Source of the DNA: Alphaproteobacteria bacterium
GTDB taxonomy: Bacteria; Pseudomonadota; Alphaproteobacteria; JAJFFI01
Assembly (NCBI GenBank): GCA_030066595.1
Contig: JASJBI010000057.1
Location: forward strand, 40,021-104,020
Length of the DNA stretch: 64,000 nt
Direction of reading: 5' to 3'
Positions within the stretch are counted from its first letter, which is position 1. The number at the start of each line of letters is the position of its first letter. Under the pieces are notes generated by a model, which did no database searches, was not told the origin of the DNA, and saw only the letters and a list, made by a program, of their open reading frames with translations. Below, piece by piece: positions 49,735 through 59,112 of the stretch. Both the position numbers and the translations under genes were made by a program.

Positions 49735-50225
49735 GCTCGGCCCCGGACGTAGACAATCGCGGGCTGGTTCCGGTGAAGATCCGCAGGAGGACTCGGTTGG
49801 GCCCAGCCGCTTTTGCAACTTTCCAGGGCTTGGCTAAATATTTCGTTAACTTTTGAGGGAAATTTGTCCCAGCCCAGCGGGGCAGGGGGCCGCTCATTCG
49901 ACGGACCCCGGCAGAGGCGCGCTGGCGCGCCGGGCCGAGATCGGCGGAATCGGTTTATTGCGCTGTATCAATTTACTAAGCTTGCCGTCTGGTTATGTTC
50001 GGACACGTGTCCTGAAATCCGTGGCCGGCGGGCCGGCTGAATGGCGCTTGCGGGTTTTCTTGGGTTCGGGGCCGAGCGACGAGTGTCGGCGCGATGTGGA
50101 GAGGGGACGTGATTGCAAGTGGCAAGATGGTGGTCCGGGACAGAGCCCGTGTGCTCAACGGGAGCCCGCGTAGTGCGGGTCCGGCCTGCCGGCGACGCTG
50201 TCCGGCTCCGACGGTGAGGTGAACC

Positions 50226-50921
50226 GTGGGCGGCAGGATTCTCGTTGTCGAAGATGAACTGGCGATCCGGGAGATGATCGGGCTGGCCCTGTCCAGAGCC
50301 GGGTTCTCATACACCTACGCGGTCAGCACGACGGCGGCACAAGAGGAACTCGAACGAGACCTGCCGGACCTGATCCTGCTGGACTGGATGCTGCCGGGCA
50401 GCTCCGGCATCGAATTCATTCGCTGGCTCAAGCGCACCGAGTTCACCCACGAGGTGCCGGTCGTGATGCTCACCGCCCGTGGCGAAGATGAGGACAAGGT
50501 TCAAGCCCTGAATCTCGGTGCGGACGACTATGTCACGAAGCCGTTCTCGCCGCGGGAGTTGGTGGCACGCATCGAGGCCGTCTTGCGCCGGACCAAACCG
50601 CATGCCACCGACAGCCCTGTCGAGCTGTGCGGCTTGAGGATCGATCCCCGCAGTCGCCGGGTCCACGCGGACGGGCACGCGGTCGACCTCGGACCGATCG
50701 AGTTCCGCATGCTGCATGTGCTGATCTCTCAGCCGGACCGCGTCTACAGCCGGGCACAGCTCTTGGACCTGGTTTGGGGCATCAACATCCACGTCGGCGA
50801 ACGCACCGTCGACATGCACATCAGCAATCTGCGCAAGGCGCTGGCACAGCACAGCAGCGGCCATCTGATCGAAACGGTGCGAGGCACCGGATACCGTTTC
50901 GCGATGCAGGCTCAGCAATGA
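50226..50921 (+). CDS. phoB: Phosphate regulon response regulator PhoB (OmpR family)
   Basis: Receiver domain (ILVVEDELAIREMI...LILLDWMLPGSSGIEF...) and winged-helix output domain (TVDMHISNLRKAL...GTGYRF). GTG start. Confidence 0.9.
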   Translation: MGGRILVVEDELAIREMIGLALSRAGFSYTYAVSTTAAQEELERDLPDLILLDWMLPGSSGIEFIRWLKRTEFTHEVPVVMLTARGEDEDKVQALNLGADDYVTKPFSPRELVARIEAVLRRTKPHATDSPVELCGLRIDPRSRRVHADGHAVDLGPIEFRMLHVLISQPDRVYSRAQLLDLVWGINIHVGERTVDMHISNLRKALAQHSSGHLIETVRGTGYRFAMQAQQ

Positions 50922-52258
50922 TTGGGGCTTGGCGCAAGGAGCTGCTGCTGGTTGCCGGGGTCGCCGCGCTGCTCTGGATCATCGGGCGTGCCATTGGCCA
51001 GCCCGGTCCGCTGCTGGCGGCCGGCCTGATCGGCTATCTCGGCTGGCATATCTTCAACCTGGTCCTCCTGCAGCTCTGGCTGCGACGCCGCCGCAGCGCC
51101 CGGCTGCCTCTCTCCTGGGGCGTTTGGGAAGCCGCGTTCGATGGTCTCCAGCAGGTCCAGAGCCAGCATCGACGGCGCCGGGGGCGGCTCACCCGCGCGC
51201 TCGCGGAATTCCGGGCGGCTGCGGCGGGGCTGCCCGACGCGCTGGTCGTATTGGACGAAACGAACTGTATCCGGTGGACCAATCCCGCGGCGACGCGGCT
51301 CTTGGGCGCGGACCGGCGGGTCCACCTGGGCAGCGACATCCGGGATCTGCTCCGGCATCCGATCCTCGAGGATGACCTGGCCGCGCCAGGGGCGAGTCGT
51401 CCCCTGGAGATCCCCTCGCCGGCGAACGGCGCATGGATGCTGAGCGTTCAGGTGACCCGGGTCCTGGGCGACCGGCGAGACGGTCAGCGGGTTCTGGTGG
51501 CGCGTGACGTCACCTCGATCTACAAATTCGACCGGGCGCGCCGCGATTTCGTGGCCAATGTTTCGCATGAACTGCGTACGCCGATCACCGTCTTCCGCGG
51601 TTTCCTCGAGACCTTGCGCGACATGTCCGACGGCAACATTGAGTGGGCCCGTCCGGTTGCGCTCATGGACCGCGAGGCCGCGAAGATGCAGAACTTGGTC
51701 GGCGATCTCTTGACTCTGTCACGCCTGGAGATGGCGGACCGGCCGAAGTCCGACCAACCGGTTCCGGTCGCCAACATGCTGGCCGAGATCTGCGCGGACG
51801 CCAGATCGCTGAGCGGCGCCGACAGCCACCGGCTCGTACTGGATGCCGATCCTGGACTATGGCTGCGGGGCGATCGGCAGGAGCTCCAGAGCGCGTTTTC
51901 CAATCTGGTGTTCAACGCCGTGAAGCATACGCCGCCCGGGACCACGATCGATGTCCGCTGGGACGCCTACGCGGACGGCGCAGCCCTGGCCGTGCGGGAC
52001 ACGGGGCACGGTATCGCCGCCCATCATCTGCCGCGTTTGACCGAACGCTTCTATCAGGTGGATACCGGCCGGGCGCGCCGCAACGGGGGCACCGGGCTGG
52101 GGCTGGCGATCGTCAAGCAGGTGCTCGAGCACTATCGGGGCGAGTTGCGGATCGCCAGCCGCGAGGGCGAGGGCAGCGCCTTCACCTGCACATTTCCGAA
52201 TGCCGTGGTCGAGGTCGACCAAGCCGCGAGCCGCTCTCTCGAGCGGGTTTGCGCCTGA
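50918..52258 (+). CDS. phoR: Phosphate regulon sensor histidine kinase PhoR
   Basis: TM N-terminus, PAS-like region, H-box (FVANVSHELRTPITV) and HATPase N, G1 and G2 boxes. Its ATG overlaps the phoB stop (ATGA). Confidence 0.85.
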   Translation: MIGAWRKELLLVAGVAALLWIIGRAIGQPGPLLAAGLIGYLGWHIFNLVLLQLWLRRRRSARLPLSWGVWEAAFDGLQQVQSQHRRRRGRLTRALAEFRAAAAGLPDALVVLDETNCIRWTNPAATRLLGADRRVHLGSDIRDLLRHPILEDDLAAPGASRPLEIPSPANGAWMLSVQVTRVLGDRRDGQRVLVARDVTSIYKFDRARRDFVANVSHELRTPITVFRGFLETLRDMSDGNIEWARPVALMDREAAKMQNLVGDLLTLSRLEMADRPKSDQPVPVANMLAEICADARSLSGADSHRLVLDADPGLWLRGDRQELQSAFSNLVFNAVKHTPPGTTIDVRWDAYADGAALAVRDTGHGIAAHHLPRLTERFYQVDTGRARRNGGTGLGLAIVKQVLEHYRGELRIASREGEGSAFTCTFPNAVVEVDQAASRSLERVCA

Positions 52259-52345
52259 ATCCGCCCTTTCCGCCACGTCATTGCAGAAGTCTCAAGTGGC
52301 GATGACAAAACCATAACAATACGACGCCAAACTCCTCTTCAGGAA

Positions 52346-52359
52346 TTGAGCAAGATCAG
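52346..52359. promoter_or_regulatory. Near-FixK box TTGAGCAAGATCAG (one mismatch), about 55 nt upstream of the pstS start
   Basis: Seven of the eight defining positions match. Weak evidence on its own. Confidence 0.25.
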
Positions 52360-52412
52360 TTTTGTGCCCGGCCCCTGCCGGGCGCGTGCGGACTGTTTGA
52401 AGGGGAGATGTC

Positions 52413-53297
52413 ATGCAAAAAGCGAAGCCGGACTGGCGAGTTGCCGTGGTGTTGGCCGCAATCGCGGTTCTCTTTTATCAGCAGGCGAATGCCCGTGATC
52501 TGATCCAGAACAAGGGCTCGGACACGCTGGTGAACGTCGCCCAGGCCTGGGCCGAGAACTATCAGAAGGTGAACAGCGACGTTGCGGTCGCCGTCACCGG
52601 CGGTGGCTCCGGCACCGGAATTGCGGCGATGATCAACGGGACCGTCGACATCGCCAATGCCAGCCGGGCGATGAAGAAGAAGGAACTCGATCTGGCGAAG
52701 TCGAAGGGCCAGAATCCGATCGAGCATATCGTCGGCTATGACGCCCTGGCGGTCTTCCTGCACGAGAGCAATCCGGCCAAATCCATATCGATCGCCCAGC
52801 TCGCGGAGATCTACGGCGAGGACGGCAAGACGGAGAAGTGGACCGACATCGGCCTCGAGGTGCCGAAGTGCAAGGGCCAGGAGATGGTGCTGGTCAGCCG
52901 GCAGAACAATTCCGGGACTTATGCCTATTTCCGTAAGGCCGTGCTCGGCAAGCGGCGCGACTACAAGATGGGCACCCGTGATATGCACGGCTCCAAGGAC
53001 GTCGTCGACCTGGTCGAGAAGACTCCCTGCGCCATCGGCTACAGCGGCCTCGCTTACGCGACCGACCACATCAAGATGGCCTGTGTCTCCAAGGAAGAAG
53101 GCAAGCCCTGCGTGATGCCCTCCGTCGCGACAGCGAGCGACGGGACCTATCCGATCGCGCGCCCGCTGTTCATGTACACGAACGGCGAGCCGAAGGGGCA
53201 GATCAAGGCCTATCTGGACTGGATCCTCAGCGACGAGGGCCAGTGCATCATCTTCAAGAAGGGATACGCCCCGGTTCGTGCCGTCAAGTGCGGCTGA
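52413..53297 (+). CDS. pstS: Phosphate ABC transporter substrate-binding protein (PstS family)
   Basis: Signal-anchor N-terminus and a PBP-like body (DTLVNVAQAWAENYQK...VTGGGSGTGIAAMINGTVDIANASR). Confidence 0.8.
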   Translation: MQKAKPDWRVAVVLAAIAVLFYQQANARDLIQNKGSDTLVNVAQAWAENYQKVNSDVAVAVTGGGSGTGIAAMINGTVDIANASRAMKKKELDLAKSKGQNPIEHIVGYDALAVFLHESNPAKSISIAQLAEIYGEDGKTEKWTDIGLEVPKCKGQEMVLVSRQNNSGTYAYFRKAVLGKRRDYKMGTRDMHGSKDVVDLVEKTPCAIGYSGLAYATDHIKMACVSKEEGKPCVMPSVATASDGTYPIARPLFMYTNGEPKGQIKAYLDWILSDEGQCIIFKKGYAPVRAVKCG

Positions 53298-53302
53298 GCC
53301 GC

Positions 53303-53340
53303 CCGGCCCGGGTCGACCTCCGTGGTCGACCCGGGGCCGG
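53303..53340 (+). terminator. GC-rich hairpin just after the pstS stop (CCGGCCCGGGTCGACC-tccgt-GGTCGACCCGGGGCCGG)
   Basis: Inverted repeat read directly from the sequence. There is no U-tract, as is common in high-GC genomes. It may act as an attenuator between pstS and the downstream genes. Confidence 0.35.
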
Positions 53341-53464
53341 CTCCGGCATAGATGCCGCGGGGGCGGACCGTACGACGGACGCTCTCGCGAGAGAGAGCCT
53401 GCGGATCGATCAGCGGGCCTGGCAGGGCCCGAGCGCGCAAGGGGCGTAGTGGAGCTAAGCTATC

Positions 53465-54550
53465 ATGACGCTTTACGAGGAAAGACTGTCGAAGGATCTG
53501 GGCCGCCTCCGCGACGAGGTCGCGACGATTGGGGCGGCGGTGCAGACGGCGCATGAGAATGCGGCCCAAGCCGCGTTAACCGGCAACCGGACGCTCGCCA
53601 ACCTCACCATCATCGGCGATCATCCCATCAATCGGCGGGTCCGCGAGATCAACCGGCTGGCGCACGCCTTCCTTGCGGTTCATCAACCCAGCGCCGGCCA
53701 CCTTCGCCTGATCTCCTCGATCCTGCGCCTGGTCAACGAGCTCGAGCGTATCGGCGATTACGCCGTGACCATCGCCCGCGAAGCGCTGCAACTGCCGCAT
53801 ACGCCCACGGGTCTGCTCAAGCAGGAGTTCGAGCAGATGGCCGATCAGGCGCAGACCTGCCTGCGCCAGTCGATGACCGCCTTCAACGAGAGGAATGCGG
53901 ACCTCGCCCGAGAGACGAAGGCGCTGGCGTCACAAGCCAAGGGCCGCGGTGACACGGTGTTCGGCGAGCTGGTTGAGGAAGCCGAAAAGGAGCAGATCCG
54001 CTACCTCTTCGACGTCCTGATCATGGTCGGACGGCTCAAGCGCGTGGCCGACCGGGCCAAGAACATCTGTGAAGAGACGCTGTTCACGGTCACCGGCGAG
54101 ACCAAGGCCCCGAAGGTCTACAAGATCTTGTTCCTCGACCAGGAGAACAACTGCCAGAGCCAGCTCGCCGAGGCGTTCGCCCGCAAGACCTTCCCGAACA
54201 GCGGGCAGTACAACAGCGCCGGCCGGGTCAACGGCGTGGACCTCGCGCCCGGGCTGTTGAGCTTCATGGAGATGCACGGGCTGGCGGTCCAGCCGATGAC
54301 GCCCAAGACCATAGAGACAGATCTCGATCGGATTGCCGCCCACGATTTGGTGATCAGCCTGGACGGGCCGATGTCCGCCTATGTCGACAAGCAGCCGTTC
54401 CGGACCGTCTATCTGGAATGGGACGTCGGGGCGCGGCCGGAAGGGGCCGACGAGGCGGAGGTCGAAACGCGGTACCGCGAGATCTATCGCGAGATCTCGG
54501 CTCAGGTCCGTGCCCTGATGGAAACGCTCAGAGGCGAGGAGGCGGACTGA
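53465..54550 (+). CDS. phoU: PhoU-domain protein fused to a catalytically degenerate low-molecular-weight phosphatase (LMWPc/ArsC-like) domain
   Basis: N-terminal 215 aa with two PhoU repeats (LVNELERIGDYAVTIA; IMVGRLKRVADRAKNICEE). C-terminal 140 aa with an LMW-PTP fold pattern, but the P-loop reads ILFLDQENNCQSQLAEAF, where the canonical sequence is V-C-X4-C-R-S. The catalytic Cys is replaced by Asp and the Arg by Gln. Confidence 0.8.
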   Translation: MTLYEERLSKDLGRLRDEVATIGAAVQTAHENAAQAALTGNRTLANLTIIGDHPINRRVREINRLAHAFLAVHQPSAGHLRLISSILRLVNELERIGDYAVTIAREALQLPHTPTGLLKQEFEQMADQAQTCLRQSMTAFNERNADLARETKALASQAKGRGDTVFGELVEEAEKEQIRYLFDVLIMVGRLKRVADRAKNICEETLFTVTGETKAPKVYKILFLDQENNCQSQLAEAFARKTFPNSGQYNSAGRVNGVDLAPGLLSFMEMHGLAVQPMTPKTIETDLDRIAAHDLVISLDGPMSAYVDKQPFRTVYLEWDVGARPEGADEAEVETRYREIYREISAQVRALMETLRGEEAD

Positions 54551-54551
54551 C

Positions 54552-55499
54552 GTGGCCGACACGACCAGAACTGTCGCGGAGCCGATCCCCACCGCTGCGC
54601 CGGCCGCCTTCGATCGCCGGGACGCCGACTGGTATCTCGACAAGGCCGTACAGGTCCTCGTCTTCATCGGCGGCATCTCCGCGATCATCTTCATCATCGG
54701 GATCTTCGTCTTCGTCACCCGCGAAGGTTTCGGGTTCCTGCTGGAGGGGTTCAGTTTCGGCGAGTTCTTCGGCTCGCCGCGATGGAAGCCGACATCCGAA
54801 TACAACACCACCTATGGCATACTGGCCCTGGTTGCGGGCACCGCCAGCGTCACCGGCCTGGCGATGATCGTGGCGATCCCGTTCTCGCTCGGGGCCGCCA
54901 TCTATATCGCCGAGTTCGCGACCGGCAAGACGCGCGAGATTCTGAAGGTCCTGGTCGAGCTGCTGGCGGCGATCCCCTCGGTCGTGTGGGGCTTCATCGG
55001 TCTCACGATCATGAACCCGCTCATCATCGAGTTGTTCGACGTGCCGGTCGGGCTCAACGTGCTCAACGCCGGCGTGATCCTTGGTCTGATGGCGGCGCCG
55101 ATCATGACCTCGATCGCGGAGGACGCGCTCAAGGCGGTGCCGGACCGTTATCGCGAGGCGGCCGAGGCCATGGGGGCGACACGCTGGCAGGTGATCTACC
55201 GCGTCGTCTTGCCGGCCGCGAAGAACGGTTTGCTCGGGGCCGTGCTGCTGGGCGTCGGGCGCGGGTTCGGCGAGACCATGGCGGTGCTGATGGCCAGTGG
55301 CCACGCGGTCAATCTGCCCGACAGTATCTTCGATTCCGTGCGCGCTCTGACCGCCACCATCGCGGCCGAGCTGGGCGAGACCGCCGTCGGGTCCGAGCAC
55401 TATCAGGCGCTCTTCACCATCGGCATCTTCCTGTTCATCATCACTTTCCTCATCAACCTGACCGCCGACCTGATCGTGCGCGGCATCCGGAAGGGCTAG
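54552..55499 (+). CDS. pstC: Phosphate ABC transporter permease PstC
   Basis: Six TM helices with an EAA loop (EAAEAMGATRWQVIYRVVLP). GTG start overlapping the upstream stop. Confidence 0.85.
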   Translation: MADTTRTVAEPIPTAAPAAFDRRDADWYLDKAVQVLVFIGGISAIIFIIGIFVFVTREGFGFLLEGFSFGEFFGSPRWKPTSEYNTTYGILALVAGTASVTGLAMIVAIPFSLGAAIYIAEFATGKTREILKVLVELLAAIPSVVWGFIGLTIMNPLIIELFDVPVGLNVLNAGVILGLMAAPIMTSIAEDALKAVPDRYREAAEAMGATRWQVIYRVVLPAAKNGLLGAVLLGVGRGFGETMAVLMASGHAVNLPDSIFDSVRALTATIAAELGETAVGSEHYQALFTIGIFLFIITFLINLTADLIVRGIRKG

Positions 55500-55514
55500 G
55501 CGCCGGGGGGCCTT

Positions 55515-56384
55515 ATGTTCGAAGCGACACCTCTCAATATCCAGGATCAGCGTCGGCAGGCTCTCGTCCGAATGCTGTTCCTGATCATGACGGCGCTGTT
55601 GATCCTGCCGGTGCTGATCATCCTGGCGACCCTGATCTACAAGGGCGGGCCGGCGATCTCGTGGGAGTTTCTGTTCGATGATCCCCGGGAAGGCATGACG
55701 GCGGGCGGCATCTTCCCGGCCCTCGTGGGCACGATCTGGCTGGTCGCCGTGGCCCTCCTGGTGTCCGTGCCCCTGGGCGTCGCTGCGGCCCTGTATCTCA
55801 GCGAGTTCGCCCCGGACAACTGGTTCACCCGGTTCATCAACCTGTGCATCATCAACCTCGCCGGCGTGCCTTCGATCGTGCACGCGCTGTTCGGGGTCGG
55901 CGCCTTCGTGCTGTTCTTCGGCTTCGGCACCAGCATCCTGGCCGCCAGCCTGACGCTGGCGATCATGACCCTGCCGATCGTCATCGTGGCCACGCGGGAA
56001 TCGTTGCAGGCTGTGCCGCTGGCCTTCCGCGAGGCGTGCTGGAACATGGGGGCTACACGCTGGCAGACCATCCACCGGGTCGTCCTGCCGAACGCCGTCA
56101 GCGGCATCCTCACCGGCGTCATCCTCGAGGTGTCGCGAACCACCGGCGAGACCGCACCGATCATGTTCACGGGCGCGGCGTTCTTCCTGCCGTTCCTGCC
56201 GACGAGCGTGTTCGACCAGACGATGGCGATGTCGCTGCACCTGTTCGTGATCTCCACGCAGGTGCCGGGGGTGCCGGACCATTTGCCCTACGGCGTCGCG
56301 CTGGTGTTGATCGCCATGGTCTTGACCATGAACGCCGCATCAATCGGCCTGCGCATGTATCTGCGCGGCAAGAAGAAGTGGTAA
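55515..56384 (+). CDS. pstA: Phosphate ABC transporter permease PstA
   Basis: TM helices with an EAA loop (REACWNMGATRWQTIHRVVLP). Confidence 0.85.
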   Translation: MFEATPLNIQDQRRQALVRMLFLIMTALLILPVLIILATLIYKGGPAISWEFLFDDPREGMTAGGIFPALVGTIWLVAVALLVSVPLGVAAALYLSEFAPDNWFTRFINLCIINLAGVPSIVHALFGVGAFVLFFGFGTSILAASLTLAIMTLPIVIVATRESLQAVPLAFREACWNMGATRWQTIHRVVLPNAVSGILTGVILEVSRTTGETAPIMFTGAAFFLPFLPTSVFDQTMAMSLHLFVISTQVPGVPDHLPYGVALVLIAMVLTMNAASIGLRMYLRGKKKW

Positions 56385-56389
56385 GGGCG

Positions 56390-57205
56390 ATGAACGACCA
56401 GGGGGTTGCCACGATTCTCGAGACGTCCCAGCCCGCGACCGCGGCGAAGGGACCGGTGAAGCTTGCCGTCCACAACCTGTCCATCAGCTATGGCGGCACG
56501 CCGGCGCTGGTCGGCGTCGACCTGGAGATCCACGAGAACGAGATCTTCGGCATCATCGGTCCCGCCAACAGCGGCAAGACGTCGTTCCTCAAGGCGCTGA
56601 ACCGGATGGACATGTTCAACCCGGCCATGCAGGTCGCGGGCGACATCCTGTTCAACGGCACCAACATCCGCCAGTGGCGCAATGTCTACGCACTGCGTCG
56701 GCGCATCGGCGTGGTCTTCCCCCTGCCGGTGGGCCTGCCGATGACCGTCTACGACAACGTCGCCCTGGCGCCACGGCTTTCGGGCGTCAACAGGAAGGCG
56801 GACTTGGACGATATCGTGGAGCGCTGTCTCCGGCGCGCGGCGCTGTGGGACGAGGTCAAGGACCGCCTCGACTCGCTGGGCAGCCTGCTCTCCGGCGGCC
56901 AGCAGCAGCGCCTGACCATCGCCCGGGCGCTCTCGCAAGACCCGGAGCTCTTGATGCTGGACGAGTTCTCCATCGCCGTGGACCCGGTGACCACGATGCG
57001 CATCGAGGACGTGCTCAAGGAGCTGCGGACGGAAATGACCATCATCCTCGTCACCAACCTGACCCAGCAGGCACGCCGCCTGGCCGATCGCACGGCCTTC
57101 TTCCTGACCGGAAGCTGCGTCGAGATCGGCGACACCGAGGCCTTGTTCACCGGCAACGTCCAGGACACGCGCACCGCGGACTACATCGCCGGCCGGTTCG
57201 GATAG
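56390..57205 (+). CDS. pstB: Phosphate ABC transporter ATP-binding protein, degenerate paralog (PstB1)
   Basis: PstB-like throughout, but the Q-loop is VVFPLP (Q replaced by P), the D-loop region is LMLDEFSIAVDP and the H-loop is ILVTNLTQQARR (His replaced by Asn). The ABC signature LSGGQQQRL is intact. ATG at 56390; the track's 55844 start is an extension. Confidence 0.8.
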   Translation: MNDQGVATILETSQPATAAKGPVKLAVHNLSISYGGTPALVGVDLEIHENEIFGIIGPANSGKTSFLKALNRMDMFNPAMQVAGDILFNGTNIRQWRNVYALRRRIGVVFPLPVGLPMTVYDNVALAPRLSGVNRKADLDDIVERCLRRAALWDEVKDRLDSLGSLLSGGQQQRLTIARALSQDPELLMLDEFSIAVDPVTTMRIEDVLKELRTEMTIILVTNLTQQARRLADRTAFFLTGSCVEIGDTEALFTGNVQDTRTADYIAGRFG

Positions 57206-57226
57206 GCGACGGGGGAGGGAAGCCGG

Positions 57227-58042
57227 ATGCATGAGCCGATCATGAACGAGACCCGTGCGGCCAATGGCGGCAATGGACACGACGCCATCTTCACCCGAGA
57301 CCTCAATCTCTGGTACGGCGACTTCCAGGCGCTGTTCGACGTGAACCTGGCCATCAAGGACGGCATGATCACCTCGCTGATCGGGCCGTCCGGCTGCGGC
57401 AAGACCACCTTCCTGCGCAGCATCAACCGCATCAACGAGCGGCTGGGCTACGTCCGTACCGAGGGCTCGATCCTGGTGTTCGACACGGACATCTACGGCG
57501 GCGAGGTGGAGCTCGCCCAGGTGCGCAAGCAGATCGGGATGGTGTTCCAACGACCGAACCCGCTGCCGATCTCGATCAGCGATAATGTGCTGTTCGGCTT
57601 CCAGCTCCATGGCGAAGGGCGCACGCGCATGCACAAGAGCGAGAAGGAAGAGATCGTCGAAGCGGCGCTCAAGCAGGTCCTGCTCTGGGATACGGTCAAG
57701 GACCGGCTGGACAGCAAGGCGACCGAGCTGTCGCTGGAGGAACAGCAGAAGCTCTGCATCGCGCGCCTCCTGCCGGTGAAGCCCACCATCCTCTTGATGG
57801 ACGAGCCCTGTTCCGCGCTCGACCCCAAGGGCACGGAGGCGGTCGAGGAGCTCATCTGGGAGCTGCGCGGCGACTACACCATCGTCATCGTCACGCACAA
57901 CATGGCGCAGGCGCGGCGCGCCAGCGAGGAATGCATCTTCATGCTGATGGGCAAGGTGGTGGAGCACACGGCGACCGAGGACATGTTCGTCACGCCGGCC
58001 AAGAAGGAAACCGCTGACTACATCGAAGGCCGCTACGGCTGA
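57227..58042 (+). CDS. pstB: Phosphate ABC transporter ATP-binding protein (PstB2) with canonical catalytic motifs but a degenerate signature
   Basis: Walker A GPSGCGKTT, Q-loop VFQRP, Walker B LLMDEPCSALDP and H-loop VTHNMAQARR are canonical. The signature reads LSLEEQQKL in place of LSGGQQQRL. Confidence 0.85.
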   Translation: MHEPIMNETRAANGGNGHDAIFTRDLNLWYGDFQALFDVNLAIKDGMITSLIGPSGCGKTTFLRSINRINERLGYVRTEGSILVFDTDIYGGEVELAQVRKQIGMVFQRPNPLPISISDNVLFGFQLHGEGRTRMHKSEKEEIVEAALKQVLLWDTVKDRLDSKATELSLEEQQKLCIARLLPVKPTILLMDEPCSALDPKGTEAVEELIWELRGDYTIVIVTHNMAQARRASEECIFMLMGKVVEHTATEDMFVTPAKKETADYIEGRYG

Positions 58043-58177
58043 CCGTCGGCGCGGGCCGCAGACGCCCGCATTGTTGCGCAATCCCCGAACCTGAAGAGCG
58101 ACCACCGACCGTTCCCGACGGCCAGCGCTGTGCGTTCTCCGCGGCCGTGGAAATTTCTCGCCGTTCATTGCGCCTTA

Positions 58178-58191
58178 TTGAGCTATCTCAA
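58178..58191. promoter_or_regulatory. FixK/FNR-type box TTGAGCTATCTCAA
   Basis: Perfect TTGA-N6-TCAA palindrome, about 205 nt upstream of the DUF47-pit operon start at 58396. Confidence 0.55.
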
Positions 58192-58395
58192 TTTGCTGCA
58201 AGTGCGAAATCGGTAATGTTCCGTACTTGACGGGACTGGCCCAAAGGGGGGCGTCAAGCTCGCCGGCAGCGGTCGCTGCGGTCGGGTGAGACACGAAACG
58301 CGGTTAGGCCAGTCCCGTTCGCAAGCTCTCCGGATCCCGGCGCAGCCATGTCCGTTCGTGCGCCGCGGTCCAATGCGAAGACAGGGGTGTCGCCT

Positions 58396-59076
58396 ATGGC
58401 CAGAACAAGTCCTTTTGCCAGCCTGTTCGCTCAGTCGCCGTTCAAGCCGATGCAACAACACATCGGCGTTGTCGCACGCTGCGCGTCGAACGTGCCCGAT
58501 CTTTTCGAGGCGTTGTGCGACGGCGATCAGGCCAAGGTATCCGAGGTCAAGGACAAGATCTTTGCCCTCGAGAATGAAGCCGACGGGATCAAGAACGAGC
58601 TACGCGCCCATTTGCCCAAGAGCCTGTTCATGCCGGTCGACCGCCGCGATCTGCTGGAGCTCCTGGATGTGCAGGACTCGATCGCGGACACGGCCCAGGA
58701 CATCGCGGGGCTGCTCATCGAGCGGCCCATGGAGGTGCCGGACGGGTTCAAGGAGCCGCTGCTCGGCCTGACCCGCCGCTGCGTCGACGCATGCAATCAG
58801 GCCGAGAAGATCATCGGCGAGCTGGACGAGTTGGTGTCGACCGGATTTCGGGGTCGAGAGTCCGAGCTTGTGTCGGAGATGGTCGACGAGCTCAACAAGA
58901 TCGAGGCCGACACCGACGAGATGGGCATGGATCTGACCCGGCGCCTGTTTGCCAAGGAAGACCAGCTCAAGCCGGTGTCGGTGATGTTCTGGTATCAGCT
59001 CATTCAGTGGATCGGCGATCTCGCCGACTACGCGGAAAAAGTGGGGAATCGACTGCGCTTGCTGCTTGCGCGCTGA
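58396..59076 (+). CDS. DUF47-family (PhoU-like, Pit accessory) protein
   Basis: Typical DUF47 helical protein (SLFAQSPFKPMQQHIGVVARCASNVPDLFEAL...ENEADGIKNEL...) immediately upstream of pit. Confidence 0.8.
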   Translation: MARTSPFASLFAQSPFKPMQQHIGVVARCASNVPDLFEALCDGDQAKVSEVKDKIFALENEADGIKNELRAHLPKSLFMPVDRRDLLELLDVQDSIADTAQDIAGLLIERPMEVPDGFKEPLLGLTRRCVDACNQAEKIIGELDELVSTGFRGRESELVSEMVDELNKIEADTDEMGMDLTRRLFAKEDQLKPVSVMFWYQLIQWIGDLADYAEKVGNRLRLLLAR

Positions 59077-59112
59077 TCAGCACGCAGTCGTCAAAGGGGG
59101 GGTACCCGATCC

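Noticed and set aside
50001-50012. Perfect 12-bp palindrome GGACACGTGTCC upstream of phoB.
   Set aside because: About 15 perfect 12-bp palindromes are expected by chance in 64 kb, and I found no second copy or supporting context. I looked for CTGTCAT-type Pho boxes upstream of phoB, pstS and the NptA gene and found nothing convincing.
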